In this document: positions 54,049 through 64,000 of the stretch, one piece after another
Numbering within the stretch: position 1 is the stretch's first letter
Layout of the letters: each line of letters starts with the position of its first letter
Assembly (NCBI GenBank): GCA_963825545.1
Contig: CAWGTR010000006.1
Location: 223,475 to 287,474 of the forward strand
Origin: an uncultured Chloroflexia bacterium
Lineage (GTDB): Bacteria; Chloroflexota; Limnocylindria; Limnocylindrales; CSP1-4
Direction: 5' to 3'
DNA: 64,000 bases
Made by a program: the position numbers and the translations under genes
The notes under the pieces: model-generated
The model's database searches: none
The model's input: the letters and a program-made list of their open reading frames with translations, nothing else
Told to the model about the DNA's origin: nothing

Positions 54049-54516
54049 TCAGGATCGGCCGCGCTGGACGTCGGCGAGCTCGCGGGCGACGTCGCGTCGC
54101 GAGTCGCGATCGGCGATATCGCGCCGGCGATCGTGGAGCTGCTTGCCACGGGCGAGCCCGATCTCGAGCTTGGCCCGGCCGCGCTCGGTCAGGTAGAGCT
54201 TGAGCGGGACCATGGTCTGGCCCTTCTGCTTCGTCCGGGACAGCAGCTGGGTGATCTGCGCCCGGTGGAGGAGCAGCTTGCGCTGGCGCTTGGCCTCGTG
54301 GTTGTAGCGGTTGCCCGTCTCCCACGGCGCGATGTGCATGCCGAAGACCCAGGCCTCGCCGCGGTCGATCCGGACGTAGGCGTCGGCCAGGTTCACCTTC
54401 CGCGCACGGATCGACTTGATCTCGGTGCCGGTCAGGACGAGACCGGCCTCGAACGTGTCGTCGATCGTGAACTCGTGGCGTGCTCTTCGGTTGTGGGCGA
54501 TCGTCTCCTCGCCCAT
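54049..54516 (-). CDS. smpB: SsrA-binding protein SmpB
   Basis: 155 aa from MGEETIAHNRRARHEFTIDDTFEAGLVLTGTEIKSIRA...; AAGGAG lies 6 nt upstream of the ATG. The track's longer ORF (to 54738) adds a non-conserved extension. Confidence 0.85.
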   Translation of the reverse strand: MGEETIAHNRRARHEFTIDDTFEAGLVLTGTEIKSIRARKVNLADAYVRIDRGEAWVFGMHIAPWETGNRYNHEAKRQRKLLLHRAQITQLLSRTKQKGQTMVPLKLYLTERGRAKLEIGLARGKQLHDRRRDIADRDSRRDVARELADVQRGRS

Positions 54517-54787
54517 GCGGGACTCCTTGATGTGAGGCGCCGTGCCGGGCCGCGGCCCGACCGGATCGCGCCGGCCGATCGCGAGAACGGACAGTGTGCG
54601 CCGGATGCCGGCCGCCGGGGCCGCGATCCGGACCGCGAACTGCCCGGCGCCGATGGGAGCCGGATCGGGCTGGACCCGACTCCCGGCGGACGCACGAACG
54701 CCGGCCCTCTCGGACCGGCGTTCGAAAGCTTCATCCACCCGCAGGGGTGTCCGCTTAGACGGCCATCTCCTGCGAGGTGGTGCAGCT

Positions 54788-54831
54788 ACGTGGTTCGATC
54801 ACTGCACATCACCTCCTTTCGTTCGCGGCAA
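54788..54831 (-). terminator. GC-rich hairpin ~45 nt downstream of the ctpA stop (candidate factor-independent terminator or regulatory stem sequestering an SD-like GGAGGTG)
   Basis: Minus-strand sequence GGAGGTGATGTGCAG-tgatcgaaccacgtag-CTGCACCACCTC: inverted arms GTGCAG/CTGCAC and GGAGGTG/CACCTC; no U-tract. Confidence 0.3.
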
Positions 54832-54872
54832 CCCTACTGGAACCGGCCGCGGAGCGCAACCGGTAGCCGAGC

Positions 54873-56255
54873 TCAGGCCGCGGGGTCCAGGGCCATCACT
54901 CCCGTCGGTGGCTCGCCGAGCACGCTGAGGGCGCGGTCAAGCACCGGATCGGTGCCCGGCGCGGCCCCGCTGCCGTCGACCGGAACGTCGGGGGTGAGCC
55001 CGACGTGGTGGATCCAGCGACCCTTGGGCGTCAGCCACTTCGCGATCGTCAGCCGATAGCCGCCGTTGTCGTCGGCCAGCTGCTGCCAGACCTGGATCGT
55101 GCCCTTGCCGTACGACTTCGCCCCGACGAGCGTGGCCCGTCCGAGGTCCTGCAGGGCACCCGCCACGATCTCGCTCGCCGAGGCGCTGCCGCCGTCGATC
55201 AGGACCGCGACCCTGATGGCCGGGTCGGTTGCGGCGCCGCCCGCCTGGGCCAGGGTCGGCGTGCGCGTCCCGGCGGCGTCCTCCTCCGAGAAGATCGTGG
55301 TCCCCGCCGGGACGAACTGGCTGATGACCTGCTGCGCGTCGGTGACGAAGCCGCCGGGGTTGCCGCGCAGGTCGACGACGATCCGCTTCTGGCCGGCCGC
55401 CACGTCCGCCGCGACGTCGGCCGCGAAGTCCCTGGCCGCCTGGTCGCTGAACCCGGCGAGCTTGATGTAGCCAACGGCGCCCCCGGCCAGCGAGCGCGTG
55501 GACACCTCGGGCTGGACGACGACGTCGCGCACGATCGCGAGGTCGAACGGCGCCGCCGAGCCGCGCACGATCGCCAGGGTGACGGTGGTCCCCTTGGGGC
55601 CGCGAACCTTCGCCAGGGCGGCGTCGGCGGTCAGACCGTCGACGGTGACCCCGTCGATCGCCGTGATCTGGTCGCCGGCCCGCAGGCCCGCCTTCTCGGC
55701 CGGGGCCCCGGGAATCGGCTGCGTGACGACGAGGGCGCAGCCACGGCCGAGCGTCGGGCAGTCGCCCGCGCCGCTGACCCGGCGCGTCTCGACCTGGGCG
55801 CCGATCCCTTCGAATTGACCCGACAGTCCCTGCAGTGACTGGCGGTACTCGTCCGGGCTCAGGTAGGCGCTGAACGGGTCGCCCAGGGCGGCGATCATGC
55901 CCCGGATCGCGCCGTCAATCAGCGTCTTCCGATCGACCGGCCCGCCCGCATAGTCCTCGGTCACGGACCGGTAGGCGTCCCAGAACGGCTGGAACGCCGC
56001 TTCCTCGCCGGCCGGCGTGCCCGGGGTCGTCGCCTTGAGCGAGCCGAGCGCAAAGCCGGACAGGAACAGCGTGGATCCGGCGACGATCGCGACAAGCCCG
56101 ATGGCGATCCAGCGCGGGGCCGATCGCGACCGCGGGATCGGCGGTGCAGCACGGGCCGCGGAGTCTGGTGGAGCGCCGGCCTCGGCGGCAGGCGGCCGGT
56201 CGGTCTCGACGATGCCGGCAGCCCCCGCGGGCTGGTCGGCGTCGGGTTCGGTCAT
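54873..56255 (-). CDS. ctpA: S41-family carboxyl-terminal processing peptidase
   Basis: 461 aa from MTEPDADQ...; N-terminal TM; PDZ (GLRAGDQITAIDGV) and S41 catalytic region (...GNPGG..., ...ASASEI...). The long upstream extension in the track is Arg-rich and non-coding. Confidence 0.75.
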   Translation of the reverse strand: MTEPDADQPAGAAGIVETDRPPAAEAGAPPDSAARAAPPIPRSRSAPRWIAIGLVAIVAGSTLFLSGFALGSLKATTPGTPAGEEAAFQPFWDAYRSVTEDYAGGPVDRKTLIDGAIRGMIAALGDPFSAYLSPDEYRQSLQGLSGQFEGIGAQVETRRVSGAGDCPTLGRGCALVVTQPIPGAPAEKAGLRAGDQITAIDGVTVDGLTADAALAKVRGPKGTTVTLAIVRGSAAPFDLAIVRDVVVQPEVSTRSLAGGAVGYIKLAGFSDQAARDFAADVAADVAAGQKRIVVDLRGNPGGFVTDAQQVISQFVPAGTTIFSEEDAAGTRTPTLAQAGGAATDPAIRVAVLIDGGSASASEIVAGALQDLGRATLVGAKSYGKGTIQVWQQLADDNGGYRLTIAKWLTPKGRWIHHVGLTPDVPVDGSGAAPGTDPVLDRALSVLGEPPTGVMALDPAA

Positions 56256-56407
56256 GGTGGTCGTCCTGGTGTGGAGATTCGGGAATGGGGGCGCCAGCGT
56301 ACGACGAGCCCGCGAAACCGTCCGGCGTTGGGTCGGATGGGGGCTCGACGCTCCGAAGGGGGTCGACGGGTCCGGCGGGGCCGACCCGCGCCCGGATCGG
56401 CCGGCGG

Positions 56408-57292
56408 CTACTTGAGCAGGTAGCTCCGGACCGACACCCACGAGCCGAGGACCCCGAGCCCGACCCCGGTCACGAGGACGATGAGCGTCAGGTCGCGACC
56501 GAGCGACCCGAGCTGGAGCGGCAGGACCTGGAAGAAGCCGGTCATGAACCGCCCGAGCGGCTCGGCGCCGAGCGCCAGCAGCGCCAGCGTCGCCACCGCC
56601 CCGATGAGGCCCACGAGCGCCCCTTCGAAGATGAACGGCCAGCGGATGAACGCGTCCGACGCCCCGACGAGACGCATGATCTCGATCTCCTCGGCGCGGG
56701 CCACGACCGCCAGGCGGATCGTGTTCACGATGATGAACAGCACGACGACCCCGACCAGGATGAGCACGATCAGGCCGCCCGTCCGCAGGAGGTTGGTCAC
56801 GGTCAGGACCCGGTCGATCAGGCTCTGGACCTCGATCACCCGGTCGACCGACGGATCCGCGCGCAGGAACTCGACGACGTTGCCGAAGACCTTGGGGTCC
56901 TTGAGCTTGACCTCGATCGACCCGGGCAGCGGGTTCGCGTCGAGGTACTGGGTAAGGTCGCTGCGACCCTGCTCGCGGAGTCGTTCCTGGAAGCGTCGCA
57001 GCGCCTCGCCGGAGGTGACGTACTCGACGCTGGCGACCTCGGGCAGGGCGGCGGTCCGCCGGGTGAGGTCGTCGATCGCCGGGGTCGTGGCCTCGGTCTT
57101 GACGTCGGCCACGATCTGGACCTTCTGCTCGACGAACTCGAGCCCCGCATTCAGCCCGGTGAGGACGACGAAGAACCCGGACAGCAGCAGGAGCATGAAG
57201 ATCATCGTCGCGGTCGCCGCCAGGCTCATCACCGCGTTCCGCCAGAAGCCCTGCCACGCCCGCCGGAGGCTGAAGCCGACGAACGAGATCAT
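56408..57292 (-). CDS. ftsX: cell division ABC transporter permease FtsX
   Basis: 294 aa, 4 TM with a large periplasmic loop; the FtsX signature ...IMRLVGASDAFIRWPFIFEG... is present. Confidence 0.9.
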   Translation of the reverse strand: MISFVGFSLRRAWQGFWRNAVMSLAATATMIFMLLLLSGFFVVLTGLNAGLEFVEQKVQIVADVKTEATTPAIDDLTRRTAALPEVASVEYVTSGEALRRFQERLREQGRSDLTQYLDANPLPGSIEVKLKDPKVFGNVVEFLRADPSVDRVIEVQSLIDRVLTVTNLLRTGGLIVLILVGVVVLFIIVNTIRLAVVARAEEIEIMRLVGASDAFIRWPFIFEGALVGLIGAVATLALLALGAEPLGRFMTGFFQVLPLQLGSLGRDLTLIVLVTGVGLGVLGSWVSVRSYLLK

Positions 57293-57298
57293 CGTTCG

Positions 57299-58138
57299 CT
57301 AGTCCTCACGGTGGTAGGCCGCGGCCTCCTCGTCGCGGATCACGCGGCCCTCCTCGAGGGCCACGACCCGCTTTCGGAGGGCGGTGACGATCTCGGCGTT
57401 GTGGGTGGCCATGAGGACCGTCACGCCGAGCTCGTTGATCCGCAGCAGCAGCTGGAGGATCTCCCAGCTGATGAGCGGGTCGAGGTTGCCGGTCGGTTCG
57501 TCGGCGATGATCAGCCGGGGATCGTGAACGAGCGCGCGGGCGATCGCCGTCCGCTGCTGCTCGCCACCCGACAGCGTGCTCGGCAGCTGGCGGGCCTGGG
57601 CGGTCAGCCCGACGAGAGCAAGGACCCGGTCGACGGCGGGCCCAATCTCCCGGCTTGGCGTGCCGGTCACCTCGAGCGCGAACGCGACGTTCTCCCAGAC
57701 CGTCTTCGTCGGGAGGAGCTTGAAGTCCTGGAAGATGATCCCGATCTTGCGCCGGATGCGCGGGACCTCGCGGCGGGCGAGCCGGGCAAGGTCCAGGCCG
57801 TCGAGGATGACCACGCCCTCGGTCGCGATCTCGTCGCGGATGAGCAGCTTGATCAGGGTCGACTTGCCGGCTCCGGACGGTCCGACGAGGAACACGAAGT
57901 CGCCCTCGGGGACGACGAGGTCGACGTCGCGCAGGGCGACGTTGCCGTTCGGGAAGGTCTTGGTGACGTCGTGCAGAACGACGACGGCCCCATCGACGGG
58001 GGCCTCGGTCGGGGCGAGACCGACGGGGCGTCCACGGTGGGAGCGAGCGGCGGCTCGGAGGGGGGCCAGGGTCACGATCAGCTCCGCGGCGGCGGTCCGG
58101 ACCGGCGCGGATCGCCGATCACCGGGTCCCGGCTCCAA
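57299..58138 (-). CDS. ftsE: cell division ATP-binding protein FtsE (N-terminal boundary uncertain)
   Basis: Walker A GPSGAGKST, ABC signature LSGGEQQRTAIARAL, Walker B LIIADEPTGNLD. The first ~48 residues from the ATG at 58138 are Arg/Ala/Pro-rich with no canonical alternative start near VVVLHDVTKTF. Confidence 0.8.
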   Translation of the reverse strand: MEPGPGDRRSAPVRTAAAELIVTLAPLRAAARSHRGRPVGLAPTEAPVDGAVVVLHDVTKTFPNGNVALRDVDLVVPEGDFVFLVGPSGAGKSTLIKLLIRDEIATEGVVILDGLDLARLARREVPRIRRKIGIIFQDFKLLPTKTVWENVAFALEVTGTPSREIGPAVDRVLALVGLTAQARQLPSTLSGGEQQRTAIARALVHDPRLIIADEPTGNLDPLISWEILQLLLRINELGVTVLMATHNAEIVTALRKRVVALEEGRVIRDEEAAAYHRED

Positions 58139-58204
58139 CCCTGGGCACGAACGAGGGAGCCACGTCCTGCGGAGGCTACCACGCTCGGCCGGGATCGGTG
58201 CTCG

Positions 58205-59209
58205 TCAGAGCAGCCCGGGCGAGATCGGGACGTACCGGGAGAAGTCGGCGAATGGGCGGTCCCAGCACAGCATGACGGGATGGCCGTCCACCCGGAGGCC
58301 GGCCGCCAGGAGCGTCGGGATCAGCTTCGGGGCGCCCCCGAGACCCCAGACGGCCTGCGCCCCGCGCGCCGGGACGGCGGCCGCGAGATGGCCGACCACC
58401 GCCTCGAGGAGCGCTCCGTCGCGGACCGCGATCGGGCCGATCCGGCCGATGGCGCCCGCGTAGCCGTAGCCGAGCGGGGTGCCGTCCGGGCCGCGGTACA
58501 GGAATCCCTGGCGGCTTTCCGCGCGCAGGAAGCCGTGATCGACCGGGTGTGCGACCCCGAGCAGCTCGCGATCGAGCGCGTCGACGGTGTCCGCGAGCTC
58601 GCGGTGGCCGGCGCCGCCGGGCGGGCCCGCAGCGATCGTCTCGAACGGGATCGACACGATCCCCGACGGAAGGGCCGGGAACGCCTCCGGCCGGCTGATC
58701 ACCCCGCGGAGGTCGAGGACGGGCATCCGCGGCGCGATCCCGTAGCTCGCGTACAGCGCCGTCGAGATCGGCTGAAGGGTGTCGACCGCGGTCGCCAGCG
58801 AGCCGACCCGCTCCGGCGGCGGGAGCAGGCGCTCGAGCAGCGCGCGGCCGAGCCCCTGGCCCTGCGCCTCGGGGCGGACGAACAGCATCGACAGGAACCA
58901 GAGCGACCCGCGCTCGACGGCCGAGCCGAAGCCGACGATCCGCTCCTTGCCGTCGCCGGGCACGGTCGCGACCACGAAACGGTCGGGGTCACTCGCCAGG
59001 GTGTGGGCGTGCAGCCGGCCGATTGGGCCGAGCTCGTCGGGCACCTCCTCGAGGTGGAGCGGACGCAGGTAGTCGTTGATCGACTCGCGCCAGATGACCG
59101 CGCAGGCGGGAAGGTCGTCCGTGCGGGCGGAACGGAACGCCGTCCCGATCAGCGCCGCCGGCAGCCCCGCGCGACGCCCGATCCGCCGATCCGGTGCGGG
59201 CTCAGCCAC
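58205..59209 (-). CDS. GNAT-family N-acetyltransferase
   Basis: Acetyl-CoA binding motif RPEAQGQGLGRALLERLL within a ~330-aa two-domain protein. Confidence 0.55.
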   Translation of the reverse strand: MAEPAPDRRIGRRAGLPAALIGTAFRSARTDDLPACAVIWRESINDYLRPLHLEEVPDELGPIGRLHAHTLASDPDRFVVATVPGDGKERIVGFGSAVERGSLWFLSMLFVRPEAQGQGLGRALLERLLPPPERVGSLATAVDTLQPISTALYASYGIAPRMPVLDLRGVISRPEAFPALPSGIVSIPFETIAAGPPGGAGHRELADTVDALDRELLGVAHPVDHGFLRAESRQGFLYRGPDGTPLGYGYAGAIGRIGPIAVRDGALLEAVVGHLAAAVPARGAQAVWGLGGAPKLIPTLLAAGLRVDGHPVMLCWDRPFADFSRYVPISPGLL

Positions 59210-60342
59210 CGGCGCCCGCCGCCGGCCCGTCCGACGGCTCGTCCCCGACGTCCTCGGTCGCGACCCGCTCGAGCTCGGCCAGCATGAACGTGTCGAGGTC
59301 GCCGTCGAGCACCGCCGTGGTGTTGCTCGTCTCGACGTCCGTCCGGAGGTCCTTGACCATCTGGTAGGGGTGGAGCACGTAGCTCCGGATCTGGTTGCCC
59401 CAGCCGGCCTCGACGTGCTCGCCCTTGAGCGCCCGTAGCTCGGCCTCCTTCTCCTCGAGCGCGCGCTCGAGGAGGCGGGCCTTGAGGACCTTGATCGCCG
59501 TCTCCTTGTTCTGGGTCTGCGACCGCTCGTTCTGGCTCTGGGCGACGATGCCGGTCGGGAGATGGGTCAGCCGGACCGCCGAGTCGGTCTTGTTGACGTG
59601 CTGGCCGCCGGCGCCCTGGCTCCGGTACGTGTCGACCCGGATCTCGTCCCAGTCGAGCTCGATCTCGACGTCGTCGTCGACCTCCGGCAGGACCTCGACG
59701 AGGGCGAACGTCGTCTGGCGCCGGTTCTGGGCGTCGAACGGGCTGATCCGGACGAGGCGATGGACGCCTCGCTCGGCGCGCAGGAAGCCGTACGCGCGAC
59801 GGCCGTTGATCTCGATCGTGGCGCTCTTGATCCCGGCCTGCTCGCCCTCCTGGCGGTCGACGATCTCGGTCTTGAAGCGATGCCGGTCCGCCCAGCGGAG
59901 GTACATCCGCAGCAGCATGTCGGCCCAGTCGGTGGCCTCGGTCCCGCCAGCGCCGGCGCTGATCGACAGGATCGCCGACCGGTCGTCGTAGGCGCCCGAG
60001 AAGAGGAGCTGCGCCCGGGCCGTGACCAGATCGCGGTCGAGCTGGCGCGACTTCGACTCGAGCTCGGCCTCGAGCTCCGGATCGGCGGACTCCTCGATGA
60101 GCTCGATGAGGGTGGGCAGCTCGTCGGCGCGCGACTCGAGGTCGCGCCAAAGGCCGATCTCCTCGCGCAGCCCGTCGGCTTCGCGGAGGACGGCCTGCGC
60201 CGTCTGCGGGTCGTCCCAGAACCCCGGTTCCTGGGTCAGCGCCTCGAGCTGAGCGACCCGCGACGCCTTGGCGTCGAGGTCAAAGACGCCCCGAGGTCGA
60301 CCGGATCCGCTCGGCCAGGTCCCGAACGGCTGAGGCGTCCAC
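59202..60342 (-). CDS. prfB: peptide chain release factor 2, with the canonical programmed +1 ribosomal frameshift
   Basis: Frame 0: GTG-DASAVRDLAERIRSTSGRL then TGA (codon 21, 60282-60280) within ...GGGGCGT CTT TGA C... The +1 frame continues DLDAKASRVAQLEALTQEPGFWDDPQ...SPFDAQNRRQTTFALVEV...GAGGQHVNKTDSAVRLTHLPTGIVAQSQNERSQ (GGQ and SPF motifs). Confidence 0.9.
60277..60292 (-). other. programmed +1 frameshift site of prfB (SD-like GGGG, 3 nt, CTT TGA C)
   Basis: Minus-strand sequence cctcGGGGcgtCTTTGACctc; the spacing and CUU-UGA-C context are identical in principle to the E. coli RF2 autoregulatory site. Confidence 0.85.
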
Positions 60343-60570
60343 CTAGGACCGGCTCGCCTGGGCTTCCTGGAGCAGGATCGGGCGGAGCTCGATGAGCCGC
60401 AGGGCGGTCTTGCTCCGGGCGACGACGGGGTTCACGCAGGGGCAGTAGCTGTTGTGGGGGCAGATGCCGCAGTTGCCATCACAGTCCAGGGCGGCGGCGT
60501 AGCTGCAGTTCCGACAATCGCGCTCGCAGGCGATGAGATCGATGAAGGACGCTTCCTCGGCCTGCTTCAC
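60343..60570 (-). CDS. small cysteine-rich protein (8 Cys: C-x3-C-x2-C-x7-C-x3-C-x2-C-x5-C-x-C), putative metal/Fe-S binding
   Basis: (V/M)KQAEEASFIDLIACERDCRNCSYAAALDCDGNCGICPHNSYCPCVNPVVARSKTALRLIELRPILLQEAQASRS. The TAG stop abuts the prfB GTG. Codons upstream of GTG 60570 are AT-rich in third positions (AAA, TTT, TTG, ATA, AGA), so the track's longer ORF (to 60711) is probably not translated. Confidence 0.4.
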   Translation of the reverse strand: MKQAEEASFIDLIACERDCRNCSYAAALDCDGNCGICPHNSYCPCVNPVVARSKTALRLIELRPILLQEAQASRS

Positions 60571-60719
60571 GAGTCCCTCTCTAAGTGGGCGGGGAACATC
60601 GGCGCGGTGTCTCGGGGAGTGATCGGAACCGGCCCCCTCCGGGCGGTCCGACGCAACTTGGCCCAGTATACCGGCGCAATCCCGCCACGCCAAGAGGGGA
60701 AACGATTTCACGCGCCGAT

Positions 60720-61340
60720 TCAGCGCGGTTCGTTGAGCTCTCCTGCGGGTGACCCGCCGACGGTGAAATAGAGCGCGAGTGCGCCGAGCTCGTGGACGTA
60801 GGCGGCCGCCAGGCGCCCCGGGTTCGCGGCGACCGGGCTCGTCGGAGTCGCTGAGCCCCAGCCCTGGATGCCGAGGTCCGCGGCCATCCGCAGGACGCGC
60901 AGCATGTGCGGCGGGTCGGACACGAAGACCGCGTCGTCGACCGACTTCTGGCGCAGGATCGCGGCCACCGACTGGAGCGACTCGAGCGTGCTCCGTCCGT
61001 GGTCCTCGACGAGGATTCGATCCTCGGGCACGCCCCGCTCGAGGGCGTACTTGCGGGCGACCGCGGCCTCGGTCGTCCGGTCGCCGTCGGCCTTGCCGCC
61101 GGTGACCACGAACCAGCGGTAGTTGCCGGTCAGGAACAGGGCGACGGCATGGTCGAGCCGGGCCGCAAGGACCGGCGACGGGCGCCCGTCGTACTGCGCC
61201 GCGCCCAGGACGACGATCGCGTCGGCCGGACGGCGCTCGTCGATCTGCCCCTGGTCCCAGATCCGGTATGCCCCGAACGCGCCCGCGGCGGCGACAATCG
61301 CGAGGCCGACGAAGCAGATGCGGCCGAGATCGCGGATCAC
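60720..61340 (-). CDS. DUF218/YdcF-like (ElyC/SanA family) membrane-anchored protein
   Basis: N-terminal TM, then ADAIVVLGAAQYDGRPSPVLAARLDHAVALFLTGNYRWFVVTGGK... is the DUF218 pattern. Confidence 0.65.
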   Translation of the reverse strand: MIRDLGRICFVGLAIVAAAGAFGAYRIWDQGQIDERRPADAIVVLGAAQYDGRPSPVLAARLDHAVALFLTGNYRWFVVTGGKADGDRTTEAAVARKYALERGVPEDRILVEDHGRSTLESLQSVAAILRQKSVDDAVFVSDPPHMLRVLRMAADLGIQGWGSATPTSPVAANPGRLAAAYVHELGALALYFTVGGSPAGELNEPR

Positions 61341-61368
61341 GCGATCGGTCGGTGCGGCGAGCCCTCGC

Positions 61369-64000
<2,632 letters not shown>

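Noticed and set aside
54788-54812. 7-codon mini-ORF (MCSDRTT) with a perfect AAAGGAGGTG SD on the minus strand
   Set aside because: It is too short and unconserved-looking. The SD-like sequence is more likely part of the ctpA-distal hairpin.
54806-54820. 13-nt match to the 16S rRNA 3' end (ATCACCTCCTTTC) on the plus strand
   Set aside because: It is isolated, with no flanking rRNA-like sequence. It is better explained as the complement of an SD-like GGAGGTG inside a minus-strand hairpin downstream of ctpA.

Overview
High-GC (~72%) chromosomal window with an Actinobacteria-like gene repertoire, spanning the replication-origin neighbourhood. It contains, in order: glpX and folK; a MidA/NDUFAF7-like methyltransferase followed by a complete complex I operon (nuoA-N) with a rearranged electron-input module; a trehalose-phosphatase-like HAD gene, a Ser-for-Cys sortase-like gene, corA, and an MFS exporter divergent from an ArsR-regulated phosphatidylinositol/PIM operon (pgsA-ino1-two LpxL-type acyltransferases-PHP phosphatase-pimA). 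A membrane glycosylation supercluster abuts this operon: a 1814-aa tandem GT-C/Pmt-like giant, a second GT-C, a DUF2723/TMEM260-like gene and a Ppm1-like GT2. Next come bifunctional nuclease, rhomboid and a pseudo-PP2C membrane protein; then DUF721-recF-dnaN-oriC-dnaA-rpmH-rnpA-yidD-yidC-jag; a VanW-like protein, flavodoxin, ssrA(tmRNA)-smpB, ctpA, ftsX-ftsE, GNAT, prfB (programmed +1 frameshift), DUF218 and secA (partial). The unusual part is the N-module of the nuo operon: canonical nuoE/F/G/I are replaced by a NuoI(N-half)::NuoE(N-domain) fusion, a divergent NuoF, and a NuoG(2Fe-2S)::GltD::NuoG(N5/N4)::2x[4Fe-4S] fusion, all placed between nuoH and nuoJ. This resembles an Stn/Nfn-type flavin-based transhydrogenase module grafted onto complex I. 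Four conserved genes carry apparent frameshifts (nuoC, jag, otsB-like, a hypothetical), most parsimoniously assembly indels. No CRISPR arrays, rRNA/tRNA genes or obvious mobile elements were seen.
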